DNA of 64,000 nt from Dehalococcoidia bacterium (GTDB lineage Bacteria; Chloroflexota; Dehalococcoidia; Lucifugimonadales; GCA-002694895): the NCBI GenBank assembly GCA_045564835.1, contig JBJLGN010000024.1, positions 6,265-70,264 of the forward strand. Reading direction: 5' to 3'. Position 1 is the first letter of the stretch, and the number at the start of each line of letters is the position of its first letter. The notes under the pieces were generated by a model. That model did no database searches and was not told where the DNA came from. It saw nothing but the letters and a program-made list of their open reading frames with translations. Shown in pieces: positions 10,361 to 22,304 of the stretch. A program made the position numbers and the translations under genes.

Positions 10361-13300
10361 TTACTCTGATTTGTCTAATTCTTCAACATCTGAATCAAGA
10401 ATATCTTCAGATGCATCAAGCAAATTTAAATCTAAATCGTCTGTTGGTTCATCTAATCCTAATTTTTTTCTACCTTCTTCAGTTTCATCAAATCTAGCAG
10501 GAATGAGTCTTCCAATAATAACATTCTCTTTTAATCCTCTAAGATCATCAATTTGACCATTTGTAGCTGCTTCAGTTAGTACTCTAGTAGTTTCTTGGAA
10601 AGAAGCTGCTGCCAAAAAGCTATCCATATTTAAAGAAGCTCTTGTTATACCTAGTAACACCGGAGTTGCTGTAGCTGGCTCCCCGCCTTCAGCCATTATC
10701 TCATCATTTTTATCTTCAAATTCATTGATGACAACTAATTCTCCTGGGATGTAATCAGTATCTCCTTGAGTGTCTATTCTAATTTTTCTCAACATCTGGG
10801 AAACAATTACTTCAATGTGTTTGTCATTAATCGTAACACCTTGTGACAAATAAACATTCTGAACTTCTTCTATTAAGTATTGTTGAACATGGTTGATATC
10901 TTGTATTGCTAAAATTTGCTGAGGACTCTTTGGACCTGAAGTTAAAGGAGATCCTGCTTCAACAAAATCACCTCTTTCAATTATTAGATTTGATGCTGCT
11001 GGAATTAGATATTCTCGAGTTTCTTCATTTTCCCAGTGGATGACTATTTTCTGTTTAGTAACTTTTAAAGTTCCAGAAACTTGAGCATACACTGAATTTG
11101 ACTCAACAATCTTATTTGGATTATTTTTCATCTCTTTTGGAGTTAATGATTGGCCTTTTGGTGATACCAATTCGGTACCAACTATTATACTTTCACCATC
11201 TTTAACTTTAACATCCCATCCTTTTGGAATAGAAATTTCTTGTTGCATAGTTTCTTTGTCACTAACTTGAACAACAAGTCCGTCAGATGTTTCTAACAAA
11301 TCAACTACTCCATCTATATCACTCAAAATAGCTTGACCTTTAGGGGTTCTTGCTTCAAATAATTCTTCAACTCTCGGTAATCCACTAGTGATGTCAGCTA
11401 CAGACGCTATTCCTCCAGTATGAAAAGTTCTCATAGTCAACTGTGTTCCTGGTTCGCCTATACTTTGCGCAGCTATAATTCCTACTGCTTCACCGATCAT
11501 TACAGGATCCCAGTGCGCCAAAGAACCTCCGTAGCATTTTACACAGAGTCCTCTTACTGTAGAACAACTTAGTGAAGTATACACAGCAACTGAATCAATA
11601 TTATCTTCATTCAAGTTCATTAAAACAGCATCATCTATATAAGTGTTTTTTTCTACTAATATTTCTCCTGAAGATTGGTCCACTATTGGCTTGGCTATGT
11701 ACCTTCCTTTAATTCTTGATAAGACAGTCCTTTTAAACTGATCTTCAGGATTACTCTTTTCAATGAGACGAAATTCTTCTGTCCCACAATCTTCTTCAAC
11801 TATGGTCATCTCTTGTGCAACGTCGATTAATCTTCTAGTTAGATATCCACTATCAGCAGTTCTTAAAGCGGTATCTGCCAATCCTTTTCTTGCACCATGA
11901 GTAGAGATAAAGTACTCTAAAACTGTCAGTCCTTCTCTAAAGTTAGATTTGATAGGTCTATCAATAATTTTTCCTTTTGGATCCGACATAAGCCCTCTCA
12001 TTCCGGCCATTTGTTTGATTTGAGCAATATTACCTTTGGCGCCCGAAGCAGCCATGAAATACAATCCTCCATAAATTGATAGTGAATCTTGTATTTCAGA
12101 AGTAACTTGTTCGTTAGCATTTGTCCAGATATTAACAGCTGATCTGTATTTTTCTTCCTCTGTTATAAAACCTTGATTAAATTTATCTTCTAATATTTCA
12201 ATCTGGTTATCTGCTTTTTTTACAATATCATATTTTGAACTTGGAATTTTGATGTCATTAATAGCCATTGTAATTCCTGACTTAGTTGCATATTCAAATC
12301 CTGCAGATTTAATAGCATCTAGTAATCTTGAAGTTTCATCATTTCCTAATTCTTTAAAAGATTTCAGTGTTATATCCTTAAGAAGACCTTTATCTATTGT
12401 TTGATTATAAAATTCAAAACTTTCATGTAGTAAAGAATTAAATATAATCCTCCCTATAGTAGTGGAAATTACTTCATTTTTAGAAGATTTATCATTTCTA
12501 ACTTTGATAGTATCTCTTAAATTTATCAAATTAAGATTGTAAGCAAGTTGCGCTTCATCAAAATTAGAATATAAAGTTGTATTTTTAGATTCTTCTGAAT
12601 TTAACCCAGTTAAGTAATAGCAACCCAAGACAATATCTAGCGTTGGCGCCACAATTGGCTCTCCTGAGCTTGGGGTTAACATATTATTTGTACTAAGCAT
12701 TAATCTTCTACTTTCAATAATAGCTGTCTTTGAAAGAGGTAGATGAACAGCCATCTGATCACCATCGAAATCTGCATTAAAAGCTGCGCAAACTAAAGGG
12801 TGAACTCTTACAGCACTGCCGCTAATAAGCACAGGTTCAAAAGCCTGTATTCCCAATCTGTGTAAGGTAGGAGCTCTGTTTAATAATACAGGTCTTTCTT
12901 GCACTACTTCTTGAAGTATGTCCCATACTTCAGGGCTTCCTTTATCTACTAATCTCTTTGCAGTTCTTATGTTGTGAGCATATCCTAATATTACTAATTT
13001 GTGCATTACAAATGGTTTGAATAATTCAATTGCCATTTTTCTTGGAATTCCGCATTGGTTTAATTTTAATTCAGGGCCGACAATAATAACTGATCTTGCG
13101 CTATAGTCCACTCTTTTCCCTAAAAGATTTTGTCTGAATCTTCCTTGTTTTCCTCTTAACAAATCAGAAAGAGATTTTAGAGTATGATTGTGACTACCTA
13201 AAACAGGCCTTCCTCTACGACCATTGTCAATCAAAGCATCTACAGATTCTTGTAACATTCTTTTTTCATTTCTGACAATAATTTCAGGCGCGTTTAATTC

Positions 13301-14341
13301 TAATAATCTTTTTAGTCTGTTATTTCTATTAATTACTCTTCTATACAGATCATTAAGATCGCTTGCAGCAAACCTGCCTCCATCTAATTGAACCATAGGC
13401 CTTAATTCTGGAGGAAGAACAGGAATAATTTCTAGTATCATAGACTCAAGAGAATTCCCACTTTTTCTAAATGCTTCAACAACTCTAAGTCTTTTTACAG
13501 CTTTTTTTAATCGTTGTCCTGTCGTTTCTCTTATTTCTTTTTGTAATTCGTCTCGCAAAGAATCTAAGTTAATAGTCTTCAAAACTTTAGTGACTGCTTC
13601 TGCACCCATTTCTGCTGAGAAAACATCTAATTGGAATCGTATAGATATATTCCTTATAGATTTATACTTCTGATCAGTTAAGAGTATTCCTAGTTTTAAT
13701 GATTTAAGATCAGACAATATAGCATTTAATTCATCAATTTTTTCTTTGATTTGTTCTTTAGTAAGTACCGGCTCCTCATCGTCAGTTTCATCTTCTTCTA
13801 CACTGTCACTTGCTTGATCAGGTTTACTTTTAACTTCCTGTTTTTTTTCTTCTGAATCAGTATTTAATTTCAGAATTTCTTCATCAATTTTTTCTTTTAA
13901 TAAATCTTTAGATTCATCGTTAACTTTTGTCACTAAATATTGAGCAAAATATAATATTCTTTCAAGATTTCTTGGAGACAAATCTAAAATCATACCTAGC
14001 CTACTTGGAGAACCTTTTGCAAACCATATATGAGCAACAGGTGCAGCTAGAGTTATAGTTCCCATTCTCTCTCTTCTAACTTTGGATCTTGCAACTTCTA
14101 CGCCACATCGATCACATATTACACCTCTGTATCTGATTTTTTTGTATTTCCCACAATAACATTCCCAGTCTTTTGTCGGCCCAAAAATTTTCTCACAAAA
14201 AAGACCATCTTTTTCTGGTCTTAAAGTACGATAATTTATAGTCTCAGGCTTAGTAACTTCTCCATATGACCACATCTTAATCTTATCAGTTGTGGCTAGT
14301 CCTATTTTTAACGAATCAAAACCTGTTGGTGATTGTGTCAT
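10361..14341 (-). CDS. rpoC: DNA-directed RNA polymerase subunit beta-prime
   Basis: 1326 aa with the zinc-binding CxCGK..C..CGVEV, NADFDGDQM and conserved C-terminal blocks. It also has an acidic internal insertion and an acidic tail. Confidence 0.97.
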   Translation of the reverse strand: MTQSPTGFDSLKIGLATTDKIKMWSYGEVTKPETINYRTLRPEKDGLFCEKIFGPTKDWECYCGKYKKIRYRGVICDRCGVEVARSKVRRERMGTITLAAPVAHIWFAKGSPSRLGMILDLSPRNLERILYFAQYLVTKVNDESKDLLKEKIDEEILKLNTDSEEKKQEVKSKPDQASDSVEEDETDDEEPVLTKEQIKEKIDELNAILSDLKSLKLGILLTDQKYKSIRNISIRFQLDVFSAEMGAEAVTKVLKTINLDSLRDELQKEIRETTGQRLKKAVKRLRVVEAFRKSGNSLESMILEIIPVLPPELRPMVQLDGGRFAASDLNDLYRRVINRNNRLKRLLELNAPEIIVRNEKRMLQESVDALIDNGRRGRPVLGSHNHTLKSLSDLLRGKQGRFRQNLLGKRVDYSARSVIIVGPELKLNQCGIPRKMAIELFKPFVMHKLVILGYAHNIRTAKRLVDKGSPEVWDILQEVVQERPVLLNRAPTLHRLGIQAFEPVLISGSAVRVHPLVCAAFNADFDGDQMAVHLPLSKTAIIESRRLMLSTNNMLTPSSGEPIVAPTLDIVLGCYYLTGLNSEESKNTTLYSNFDEAQLAYNLNLINLRDTIKVRNDKSSKNEVISTTIGRIIFNSLLHESFEFYNQTIDKGLLKDITLKSFKELGNDETSRLLDAIKSAGFEYATKSGITMAINDIKIPSSKYDIVKKADNQIEILEDKFNQGFITEEEKYRSAVNIWTNANEQVTSEIQDSLSIYGGLYFMAASGAKGNIAQIKQMAGMRGLMSDPKGKIIDRPIKSNFREGLTVLEYFISTHGARKGLADTALRTADSGYLTRRLIDVAQEMTIVEEDCGTEEFRLIEKSNPEDQFKRTVLSRIKGRYIAKPIVDQSSGEILVEKNTYIDDAVLMNLNEDNIDSVAVYTSLSCSTVRGLCVKCYGGSLAHWDPVMIGEAVGIIAAQSIGEPGTQLTMRTFHTGGIASVADITSGLPRVEELFEARTPKGQAILSDIDGVVDLLETSDGLVVQVSDKETMQQEISIPKGWDVKVKDGESIIVGTELVSPKGQSLTPKEMKNNPNKIVESNSVYAQVSGTLKVTKQKIVIHWENEETREYLIPAASNLIIERGDFVEAGSPLTSGPKSPQQILAIQDINHVQQYLIEEVQNVYLSQGVTINDKHIEVIVSQMLRKIRIDTQGDTDYIPGELVVINEFEDKNDEIMAEGGEPATATPVLLGITRASLNMDSFLAAASFQETTRVLTEAATNGQIDDLRGLKENVIIGRLIPARFDETEEGRKKLGLDEPTDDLDLNLLDASEDILDSDVEELDKSE

Positions 14342-14380
14342 TTTGTATCTCCTTAATAAAAGTAACGGAACTATAATTTA

Positions 14381-17300
14381 CTATTTTTTATTTTCTTCAT
14401 TATCTTCATCAGGTAAGTCTTCACTAACGACCTCTAATGGTAAATCGTCAGGATCAACCGCCTCTTCATTTAGTTCGACATTTTTAATGTCATCGAGCGT
14501 GATTTCTGGGTTTGATTCTTGAGAATCGGTCTGAACATCCACTGAATCACTTAAACTTTCTGTCATATTAGAAATATCTTCAATTTGTAGCACATCATCA
14601 TTATCTCCAGTTAACAAATCCACATCTTCCACTATTCCTGACAAATCAATATCTTCATCATTGTCAAAATTGTTTAGTAAATCAACAGATAATCCTAGAC
14701 TCTGTAATTCTTTAAGCAGTACATGGAAAGATTCAGGTATACCTGGTTGTGTAATAGGTTCTCCCTTAACTATCGATTCATATGTTTTTACTCGTCCAAC
14801 AACATCGTCTGATTTTACGGTCAATATCTCTTGAAGATTATGCGCAGAACTATAAGCTTCTAAAGCCCATACTTCCATCTCTCCAAATCTTTGACCTCCA
14901 AACTGAGCTTTTCCACCCAGTGGTTGCTGGGTTATTAGAGAGTAGGGACCGGTAGATCTAGCATGAATTTTGTCTTCAACCATATGAATCAATTTAAGCA
15001 TATACATAAATCCAACAGCAATTGGTTGCTCAAAAGCTTCGCCTGTTCTTCCATCGAAAAGTTTGACTTTACCAAAATTTGGTGAAGAAAATTTATTTTC
15101 TTGATTTAAATTTTCTACTTTATTTCTTAAATCTTCATATGTACATTCAGATATATCTTCGTTACTCTCTTCTTCAAACCATATTTTTAAACATTCTTCT
15201 TGAATATTAATTTTTTTAGGTTTTGCTTTCTCGTGATCAATAAAGTTTCCGATCATATCTTCCTTGCCTCTTTCCTGAAGCCATTTGTAAAGTACATCGA
15301 TATCTAAATCTTTATAATCCAAATGATCATCAATACTGTTATCCAATGCTCCAGATTTTCTGATTACCCAAGCTTTCAATAAAGCTTCTTCAATCTCATG
15401 ATCTGTAAAACTTTCAAAAACTGGTCTATTTGCTGCCTTCATACCAAGAGCCTTAGCAGCCCATCCTAAATGTAATTCTAATACTTGTCCAAGATTCATT
15501 CTAGAAGGAACTCCAATTGGGTTTAGTATAATGTCAACAGGCGTTCCATCTTCTAAATAGGGCATATCTTCTTGTGGTAGTATTTTTGCAACTACCCCTT
15601 TGTTACCATGCCTACCAGCCATTTTGTCACCTTCAGAAATTTTTCTAGTTTGAGCTATCCAAACCCTAACTTGTTTATTCACTCCAGGAGATAAATCTTT
15701 AACTTCTTTTGAATCTAATACTTTAACATCAATAACTTTACCTCTTTGTCCATGAGGAACTCTCAGTGATGTATCCTTAACATCTCTAGCTTTCTCGCCA
15801 AAAATTGCTCTTAACAGTTTTTCTTCAGCGCTTAATTCTGTTTCTCCTTTAGGAGTGATTTTCCCGGCTAATATATCACCAGGACCTACTTCTGCACCTA
15901 TTCTAACAATGCCATGCTCATCTAAGTTCTTCAAAGCTTCTTCCCCTATATTCGGAATGTCGGCAGTTATTTCTTCAGGACCTAGCTTGGTATCTCTAGC
16001 TTCAACTTCTAATTTTTCAATATGTATTGAAGTATAAATATCACATTTGACAAGCCTGTCACTCAATATAATTGCATCTTCAAAATTATATCCATCCCAG
16101 CTCATAAAAGCACACAATATATTTTGCCCAAGTGCTAAATTACCATCTTCAGTGGAGGAACTATCACATAAAACTTGGTTTTTCTTAACAATATCACCCT
16201 TGAAAACTATGGGTCTTTGTGAAATGGTTGTCCCTTGGTTACTTCTAAAATATTTCTTTAGAGGGTACTTGTGAATTTCATTGCTATCATCCTGTATTCT
16301 AATCTCTTCACCTGTCGAGCTTATTACCAATCCATCAGTTTTAGACAATTGCACTTGCCCGCTATCTCTAGCTACAATTTTTTCCATCCCTGTTCCAACA
16401 ATCGGGGCCTGAGGAGACATAAGAGGAACAGCTTGTCTTTGCATGTTTGATCCCATTAAAGCTCTGTTAGCATCATCGTGTTCCAAAAATGGGATTAAAG
16501 AAGTTGAAACACTAACTAATTGCATTGGTGAAATATCAATTAAATTGACTTCATATGAAGAAATAACAACAAATTCTTCACCTTTTCTGATTTCTACTCC
16601 AGAGTTCAAAAATTCTCCATTTTGATCTATGGGCGAGCTTGCTTGAGCAATATTATATTCTGGTTCCATGTCTGCAGATAAATATTTAATATCATCTTCA
16701 GAAAAAGAAACATATGGAACAACAGAAATATCTTGTTTTGGCAAGTTTTGAATTTCTTCTAAAACTTTCCTAGTAATTTTTTTATTTTTTTCGACTAAAA
16801 CTTTTTTTCCAACTTTAAAGTCTTCGCTAACTGTTCTTCCACTTAATGTGTTGTGTTTATTACTTATTGAATTTTTTACTAATCTATAGGGGGTTTCAAT
16901 AAAACCATGCTCATTAGTTCTAGAAAAAGTCGCTAACGATCCTAAAAGACCAATATTAGGTCCCTCAGGTGTTTCAATAGGACATATTCTTCCATAATGC
17001 GAAGAGTGTACATCTCTTACATCAAATCCTGCTCTTTCTCTAGATAAACCTCCTGGCCCCAATGCAGACAATCTTCTTTTATGTGTTAATTCTGATAGTG
17101 GATTAGTTTGATCCATAAATTGAGATAATTGAGATCCGCCAAAAAATTCCTTAACAGCGGCTACAACAGGTCTAATATTTATTAGTGCTTGAGGTGCTGT
17201 TTCGTTTGGTTCTAAAGCAGTAATCATTCTATCTTTAGCTACTCTTTCCATACGAAGCAATCCTACTCTCATTTGGTTCTGTATTAATTCGCCAACTGCT

Positions 17301-18283
17301 CTAACTCTCCTATTTCCTAGGTGATCAATATCATCTGCAGATTGTTCGTTATTATTGATTTGAATAATTGTTTTTATAATCTGAATAAAATCATCTTTAA
17401 CAAGAGTCCTGACTTCTGCATCGTCAGTCTTTTCTAATCTGGTATTTAATTTATATCTACCAACATTTCCAAGGTTATATCTCTTCTCATTGAAAAAGGT
17501 TGTATTTATCAATTCTTCAGCATTAGATTCGTTAGGCGGCTCTCCTGGTCTTACTCTTTTATAATACTCAATGAGAGATTCTTTTTTGTTTTTCACTTCT
17601 TCGCTATCATTGTCTATTGTAGCTTTTATAAATCCTTCTTCAGTAACTCTTGGAGAATCTACGTCAGCAAAAATATTTAATATTTCATTGTCTTCATACC
17701 CCAAAGCTCTTAAAAAGATACTTACTGGAATTCTTCGTTTACGGTCAATTTTAACTGATATTATATTTTTAATACTGGTTTCAAACTCCACCCAAGATCC
17801 TCGAGAAGGAATTAATTTTGCTGTTGCGAGCGGTCTTCCTGAAATAGGTTCACTATTAACACTGAAATATACTCCCGGAGATCTTACTAATTGGCTTACC
17901 ACAACTCTTTCAGCACCATTGATTATAAATGTGCCGTTTGATGTCATAACAGGCAATTTGCCAACAAAGATATCTTGCTCTTTATATTCCCCAGCATCTT
18001 CGTTTTCAGGATCTTTGATTTTTAATAATGCCGTAAACCACAGTGCCGCATCGTAAGTAATTTCTCGTTTTCTACACTCTTCTTCAGAATGTTCAGGTTC
18101 TTTAAATGTGTGGCTTATAAAAGAAAGTTCAAATCTTGAGTCTTCAATAGGTGATATATCATCTAATAATTCTTTGATTCCTTCATGTTTAAACCAATCA
18201 AATGAATCCAATTGCACTTGAATAAGGTTAGGGATTATATTTTGCTCTGCAAAATTATATTTTCCATTTGATGTTAAGCTCAT
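14381..18283 (-). CDS. rpoB: DNA-directed RNA polymerase subunit beta
   Basis: 1300 aa with conserved blocks ([41 protein letters not shown]). A ~95-aa acidic C-terminal extension follows. Confidence 0.97.
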   Translation of the reverse strand: MSLTSNGKYNFAEQNIIPNLIQVQLDSFDWFKHEGIKELLDDISPIEDSRFELSFISHTFKEPEHSEEECRKREITYDAALWFTALLKIKDPENEDAGEYKEQDIFVGKLPVMTSNGTFIINGAERVVVSQLVRSPGVYFSVNSEPISGRPLATAKLIPSRGSWVEFETSIKNIISVKIDRKRRIPVSIFLRALGYEDNEILNIFADVDSPRVTEEGFIKATIDNDSEEVKNKKESLIEYYKRVRPGEPPNESNAEELINTTFFNEKRYNLGNVGRYKLNTRLEKTDDAEVRTLVKDDFIQIIKTIIQINNNEQSADDIDHLGNRRVRAVGELIQNQMRVGLLRMERVAKDRMITALEPNETAPQALINIRPVVAAVKEFFGGSQLSQFMDQTNPLSELTHKRRLSALGPGGLSRERAGFDVRDVHSSHYGRICPIETPEGPNIGLLGSLATFSRTNEHGFIETPYRLVKNSISNKHNTLSGRTVSEDFKVGKKVLVEKNKKITRKVLEEIQNLPKQDISVVPYVSFSEDDIKYLSADMEPEYNIAQASSPIDQNGEFLNSGVEIRKGEEFVVISSYEVNLIDISPMQLVSVSTSLIPFLEHDDANRALMGSNMQRQAVPLMSPQAPIVGTGMEKIVARDSGQVQLSKTDGLVISSTGEEIRIQDDSNEIHKYPLKKYFRSNQGTTISQRPIVFKGDIVKKNQVLCDSSSTEDGNLALGQNILCAFMSWDGYNFEDAIILSDRLVKCDIYTSIHIEKLEVEARDTKLGPEEITADIPNIGEEALKNLDEHGIVRIGAEVGPGDILAGKITPKGETELSAEEKLLRAIFGEKARDVKDTSLRVPHGQRGKVIDVKVLDSKEVKDLSPGVNKQVRVWIAQTRKISEGDKMAGRHGNKGVVAKILPQEDMPYLEDGTPVDIILNPIGVPSRMNLGQVLELHLGWAAKALGMKAANRPVFESFTDHEIEEALLKAWVIRKSGALDNSIDDHLDYKDLDIDVLYKWLQERGKEDMIGNFIDHEKAKPKKINIQEECLKIWFEEESNEDISECTYEDLRNKVENLNQENKFSSPNFGKVKLFDGRTGEAFEQPIAVGFMYMLKLIHMVEDKIHARSTGPYSLITQQPLGGKAQFGGQRFGEMEVWALEAYSSAHNLQEILTVKSDDVVGRVKTYESIVKGEPITQPGIPESFHVLLKELQSLGLSVDLLNNFDNDEDIDLSGIVEDVDLLTGDNDDVLQIEDISNMTESLSDSVDVQTDSQESNPEITLDDIKNVELNEEAVDPDDLPLEVVSEDLPDEDNEENKK

Positions 18284-18589
18284 AGGGAATACCTCTTTGA
18301 AAAAAAGTTAATTTAATACATGTTGGTTGAAACGTAAATTCCCAACACTAGACCGTACTATGTTAGTATTCACAAAGTACATAAGATATTTTTTTGAAAT
18401 ATGAAGTTTAGACAATGAATTATCCATCTACCAAACGAATACATTACATAAATACATAATTTCTGTCAATATATTTTTGCAATGAAAAATCTGGATATTT
18501 TATATTTATTGTAAAAATAAACACCATACTTATGGTTTATATTTTTTTCGAATGTTAAAATTTCACTTTCAATTAATAAATATAGTAAA

Positions 18590-19498
18590 ATGTCTGATAA
18601 TAAAATAAATGTTTCTACTCCAGCTACTATTGCTAATATGGGGCCAGGATTTGACTCGATAGGAGCTGCAATTGATATATGGAATCATTTTGATTTTGAA
18701 TTTGATACAAGCAGTTTAGAGATAACTGTGAATGGAGAAGGAACTGATACTATACCAACTAACAATACCAATCTTGTTTACAAAGCATTTTCTATACCAT
18801 TTCATGAACTTAATTTAAATGTCCCCAATATTAATTTAAAAATAAATAATAATATAAAATTAGAAGGAGGGTTAGGTAGTAGCTCATCAGCTATAAGTGC
18901 TGGTCTTTTTGCTGCTAATTATTATTTAAAAGACCAATTCTCTAAATTAGAACTAATAAAATTATCTCAAAAATTAGAGAACCATTATGACAACATATCT
19001 CCATGTATAATGGGAGGTATTCAACTGTGCGTACCCAATAATAGTGAAGTTTTATTATCAGACATTGATTATGATGATGATTTGAAAATAATACTAATAA
19101 TGCCAAATTTTAGTATAAACACTTCTAATTCTAGATCTTATTTACCAAAATCAATATCATCTTCAGATTTTGTACATAATATGAGTAGATTTGGTTTATT
19201 AATAAAAAATCTAAAGTCGCCAGACATAATCGAATCTCAAATAGCATTTCAAGATGTTTTTCATCAAGATAGCAGGTTGATTAAGCAACCAAAATTAAAA
19301 TTATTACTAAAAAAAATAAATGCAATTGGGGCATTGGGCTCTTTTCTATGCGGCTCAGGACCAACAATTGCTGGTATCACAAACAAAGATCCTATGAGTA
19401 TATTTTATGAAATTGCTGATTACTGTGACAAGCAAGCTATAACATGCGACTATTTAATAACTAGTATTACAAACAAAGGCACATTCATTAAAAATTAA
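18590..19498 (+). CDS. thrB: Homoserine kinase
   Basis: 302 aa. GHMP kinase motif LEGGLGSSSSAISAG and N-terminal PATIANMGPGFDS. Confidence 0.85.
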   Translation: MSDNKINVSTPATIANMGPGFDSIGAAIDIWNHFDFEFDTSSLEITVNGEGTDTIPTNNTNLVYKAFSIPFHELNLNVPNINLKINNNIKLEGGLGSSSSAISAGLFAANYYLKDQFSKLELIKLSQKLENHYDNISPCIMGGIQLCVPNNSEVLLSDIDYDDDLKIILIMPNFSINTSNSRSYLPKSISSSDFVHNMSRFGLLIKNLKSPDIIESQIAFQDVFHQDSRLIKQPKLKLLLKKINAIGALGSFLCGSGPTIAGITNKDPMSIFYEIADYCDKQAITCDYLITSITNKGTFIKN

Positions 19499-19500
19499 TT

Positions 19501-20760
19501 ATGGAACTGATAGTAAGAAAATATGGCGGCACATCGGTGGAGTCAATTGATAAAATTAAAAAAATTGCTCGAAAAACAAAAAATGATATACAAAGTAATA
19601 AAAAAATACTACTTGTAGTTTCAGCTATGGGTAAATCTACAGATGATTTATTAAATAAGGCAAAGCAAATATCTAGTTCTCCGGATAGACGAGAATTAGA
19701 CCTGTTAATGTCTTCAGGTGAAATAATATCAAGTACTCTAATGTCCATAGCATTACAAGATATAGGAGTTAAAGCAAAATCACTAACTGGATTTCAAGCT
19801 GGAATTGATACCAATTCAAGTTTTGGAAAAGCTGAAATACAGTCTATAAATAATGATAGAATAATGAACGAAATTAAAAACAACAATACATTAGTGATTG
19901 CGGGCTTTCAAGGATTTAATGAAAATTTAGACATAACTACACTGGGCAGAGGGGGCTCTGACACAACTGCTGTAGCTTTAGCAGCAAGCATAAAAGCATC
20001 TATCTGTGAAATATATACTGATGTAAAAGGGATATATACTGCAGATCCCAAAATAGTTAAGACTGCTAGAAAGTTAAATTTTCTAGCATATGAAGATATG
20101 CTAGAGCTTGCAAATTATGGAGCAAAAATGCATCCTCGGTCAATAGAACTTGGAATGCATTACAATATACCATTAATGATAAAATCTTCTTTAGATGAAG
20201 AAGAAGGCACGCTAGTGTGTAATTATAAAGACATTAAAAAATTAATTAAAAAGGGATTAATATTGAATAAAATCACAGAAAATAGGAATAAAGTATCCGG
20301 AGTGACTTCAGAAGGAAATATTTCTAAAATCACTTTGAAAAACATACCTGACAAGCCTGGTATAGCAGCAAAAGTTTTTGAACCGTTAAGTGCAAAAGGA
20401 ATTAACGTTGATGTGATTGTGCAAAATGCAAGTAACGAAAATAAAACAGATCTAACTTTTACCATAGATAACAGTGATTTGCAAAAAACTATTAATATCA
20501 TGAACGAAAAATCTTCCGAAATAAAGTTTGAATCACTAATCTCAGGCAAAGATTACGGTAAAATTAGTATTATTGGTTCTGGAATTCAAAACGCTCCTGG
20601 TTATGCTGCGAAATTTTTTGAAACTTTGTTTAGTATAAATGTAAATATAGAGATGATAACAACATCTGATATTAGAATAACTTGTTTAGTAAAAAACAGT
20701 GATTTAGATAAAGCAATCGTAAAAGTTCATGAAGTTTTTGGATTAGATAAGCAAATTTAA
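19501..20760 (+). CDS. lysC: Aspartate kinase
   Basis: 419 aa. Motifs are VRKYGGTSV, VVSAMG.TD and TLGRGGSDTTAVALA. The C-terminus has tandem ACT domains. Confidence 0.9.
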   Translation: MELIVRKYGGTSVESIDKIKKIARKTKNDIQSNKKILLVVSAMGKSTDDLLNKAKQISSSPDRRELDLLMSSGEIISSTLMSIALQDIGVKAKSLTGFQAGIDTNSSFGKAEIQSINNDRIMNEIKNNNTLVIAGFQGFNENLDITTLGRGGSDTTAVALAASIKASICEIYTDVKGIYTADPKIVKTARKLNFLAYEDMLELANYGAKMHPRSIELGMHYNIPLMIKSSLDEEEGTLVCNYKDIKKLIKKGLILNKITENRNKVSGVTSEGNISKITLKNIPDKPGIAAKVFEPLSAKGINVDVIVQNASNENKTDLTFTIDNSDLQKTINIMNEKSSEIKFESLISGKDYGKISIIGSGIQNAPGYAAKFFETLFSINVNIEMITTSDIRITCLVKNSDLDKAIVKVHEVFGLDKQI

Positions 20761-20843
20761 ATTAAATACACCAAAAAGCTATTGCAATGCTAATGTCTAA
20801 CCAAATAGAATCGGATCGGTTAATTTACAATTAAACACTTTTT

Positions 20844-21540
20844 ATGGAACTAAAAACTAAAATTGATCTAACTTTACTAAAAAAATCTGCCATCAAAGAA
20901 GCTTCCAATCAGAATTGGGAACGTGCGAAGCAGGTAAATTTAGCAATTCTAAATCAACTTAAAAATAACATCGAAACATTAAATCGACTTGGAATAGCTT
21001 ACACAAAATTAGATCAAAAACAAAATGCTATTAAATGCTTTGACAAAGTAATAAATATTTCACCTAACAACATTATTGCACAAAAAAAATCTTACTGCAT
21101 TAAAATCATCAAATAATAAAAAAATCACTAATACAATTGACAAAAAATTACTTGTAAATGACAGTAGTAAATCAATAAATATTAAGTTCGAATTAAAATC
21201 ATCAATTAAATCCTTAAATCCAGGAGATGATCTTATTATTAAAACAAGCAATGAAACAATTTCAATATTTAAGAATAAAATACTTCTAAATGTACTTAAT
21301 AACAATCTTGCTAAGAGAATTGCAAAACTTATGAAAATGGGAAATGAATACTCTTGTACAGTTATCGGTACCAATGAAAAGAAAATAAATGTAAGTATAA
21401 AAGAAACTCACAAATCAGATAAAAATATTCAAATAATTTCTTTTCCTGAATACATGAAACCTAACTCCGAAAATATTTCTCTCAATCAAAATTCACTTTA
21501 CCTGTCACAATCCGAACCTGAAGAACCTACTGAAAAATAA
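20844..21540 (+). pseudogene. TPR-containing protein split by a +1 frame change in an A8 tract
   Basis: ORFs 20844-21116 and 21076-21540 overlap and join into ...SPNNIIAQKNLTALKSS... if the A8 run at 21082-21089 is read as A7. This could be a homopolymer sequencing error, slippage or a real mutation. Confidence 0.6.
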
Positions 21541-21620
21541 GTATTTTTTAAATAAAAGTATTGTTATCTAATTTTCTTAACTGTAGTATCAAATATCCTA
21601 ACAAAGATTAGATACCATCC

Positions 21621-22304
21621 ATGGATACAAAATTTGAAATAAATAATGACATTGTTTGTAAAAAATATGTTGCAAAACCATTACAAAATAATATTTGGTT
21701 AATTTACTCTAAAACCACTTATGAAGCTTTGGTAATTGACACCCCTCCTGATTTTTCTATGATTGATAAAATAGTTAACAAAAATAGTAAGTTGAAAATA
21801 AATAACATATTCATTACACACAATCACTATGACCATATAGATGGAGTCGAATATTTTTATAATAAAACAACAAACAAACCAAAAATTTGGATAGGTGAAG
21901 AAGATAAAATTAAAATGTCTGAATTTTCAATTAGTAATAGATATATTAATATTTATAAAAACATTGAAGCTTTCAAATTAAATCACTCTATAATAAAATT
22001 CATCAAAACTCCTGGTCATACTCCTGGGTCAACTTGCATGCTACTATCGAATCATGTATTTACTGGAGACACTTTATTCCCTGGAGGCCCAGGAAGAACA
22101 GCAACAAACAGTGACTTTGTGAATATAATTAAAAGCATAAAAACAAAGTTGCTAACCTTGCCTTTGGAAACTATTATTCATCCAGGACATGGTGATGACA
22201 CAAAAATTCAAAATTCAATAAACGAGTATAATATCTTTAAAAATAAAAACCCAAACATAAGTAAATTAAGTGGAAATATAGCCTGGAATGAAAAATATGA
22301 GTAA
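21621..22304 (+). CDS. MBL-fold metallo-hydrolase (glyoxalase II-like)
   Basis: 227 aa with the HxHxDH motif (THNHYDHIDG) and a downstream TPGHTPGS. Confidence 0.7.
   Translation: MDTKFEINNDIVCKKYVAKPLQNNIWLIYSKTTYEALVIDTPPDFSMIDKIVNKNSKLKINNIFITHNHYDHIDGVEYFYNKTTNKPKIWIGEEDKIKMSEFSISNRYINIYKNIEAFKLNHSIIKFIKTPGHTPGSTCMLLSNHVFTGDTLFPGGPGRTATNSDFVNIIKSIKTKLLTLPLETIIHPGHGDDTKIQNSINEYNIFKNKNPNISKLSGNIAWNEKYE

Noticed and set aside
10535-10543. Programmed +1 ribosomal frameshifting at CTT-AGN or TTG-AGA as the explanation for the broken block
   Set aside because: The same motifs are read conventionally in intact essential genes (rpoC ..DD-L-R-G.. = CTT AGA GGA here; tyrS TTG AGA CTT AAG at 25740-25751). 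Many junctions lack the motif, and some need +2 or -1. The breaks are also confined to one physical interval rather than spread genome-wide. I keep this only as a context observation.
17571-18056. Long antisense ORFs inside rpoB, leuB (5089-5508), infB (54695-55054), atpB (41478-41783) and others
   Set aside because: They lie opposite strongly conserved genes. They are Ser/Leu/Phe-rich with no recognisable motifs, as expected when the antisense strand of a conserved gene happens to lack stops.
18284-18589. 306-bp rpoB/thrB divergent spacer as a site of a small RNA or structured leader
   Set aside because: Only a weak 6-bp hairpin (18321-18347) was seen, with no terminator or conserved motif I can recognise. 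I leave it unannotated.
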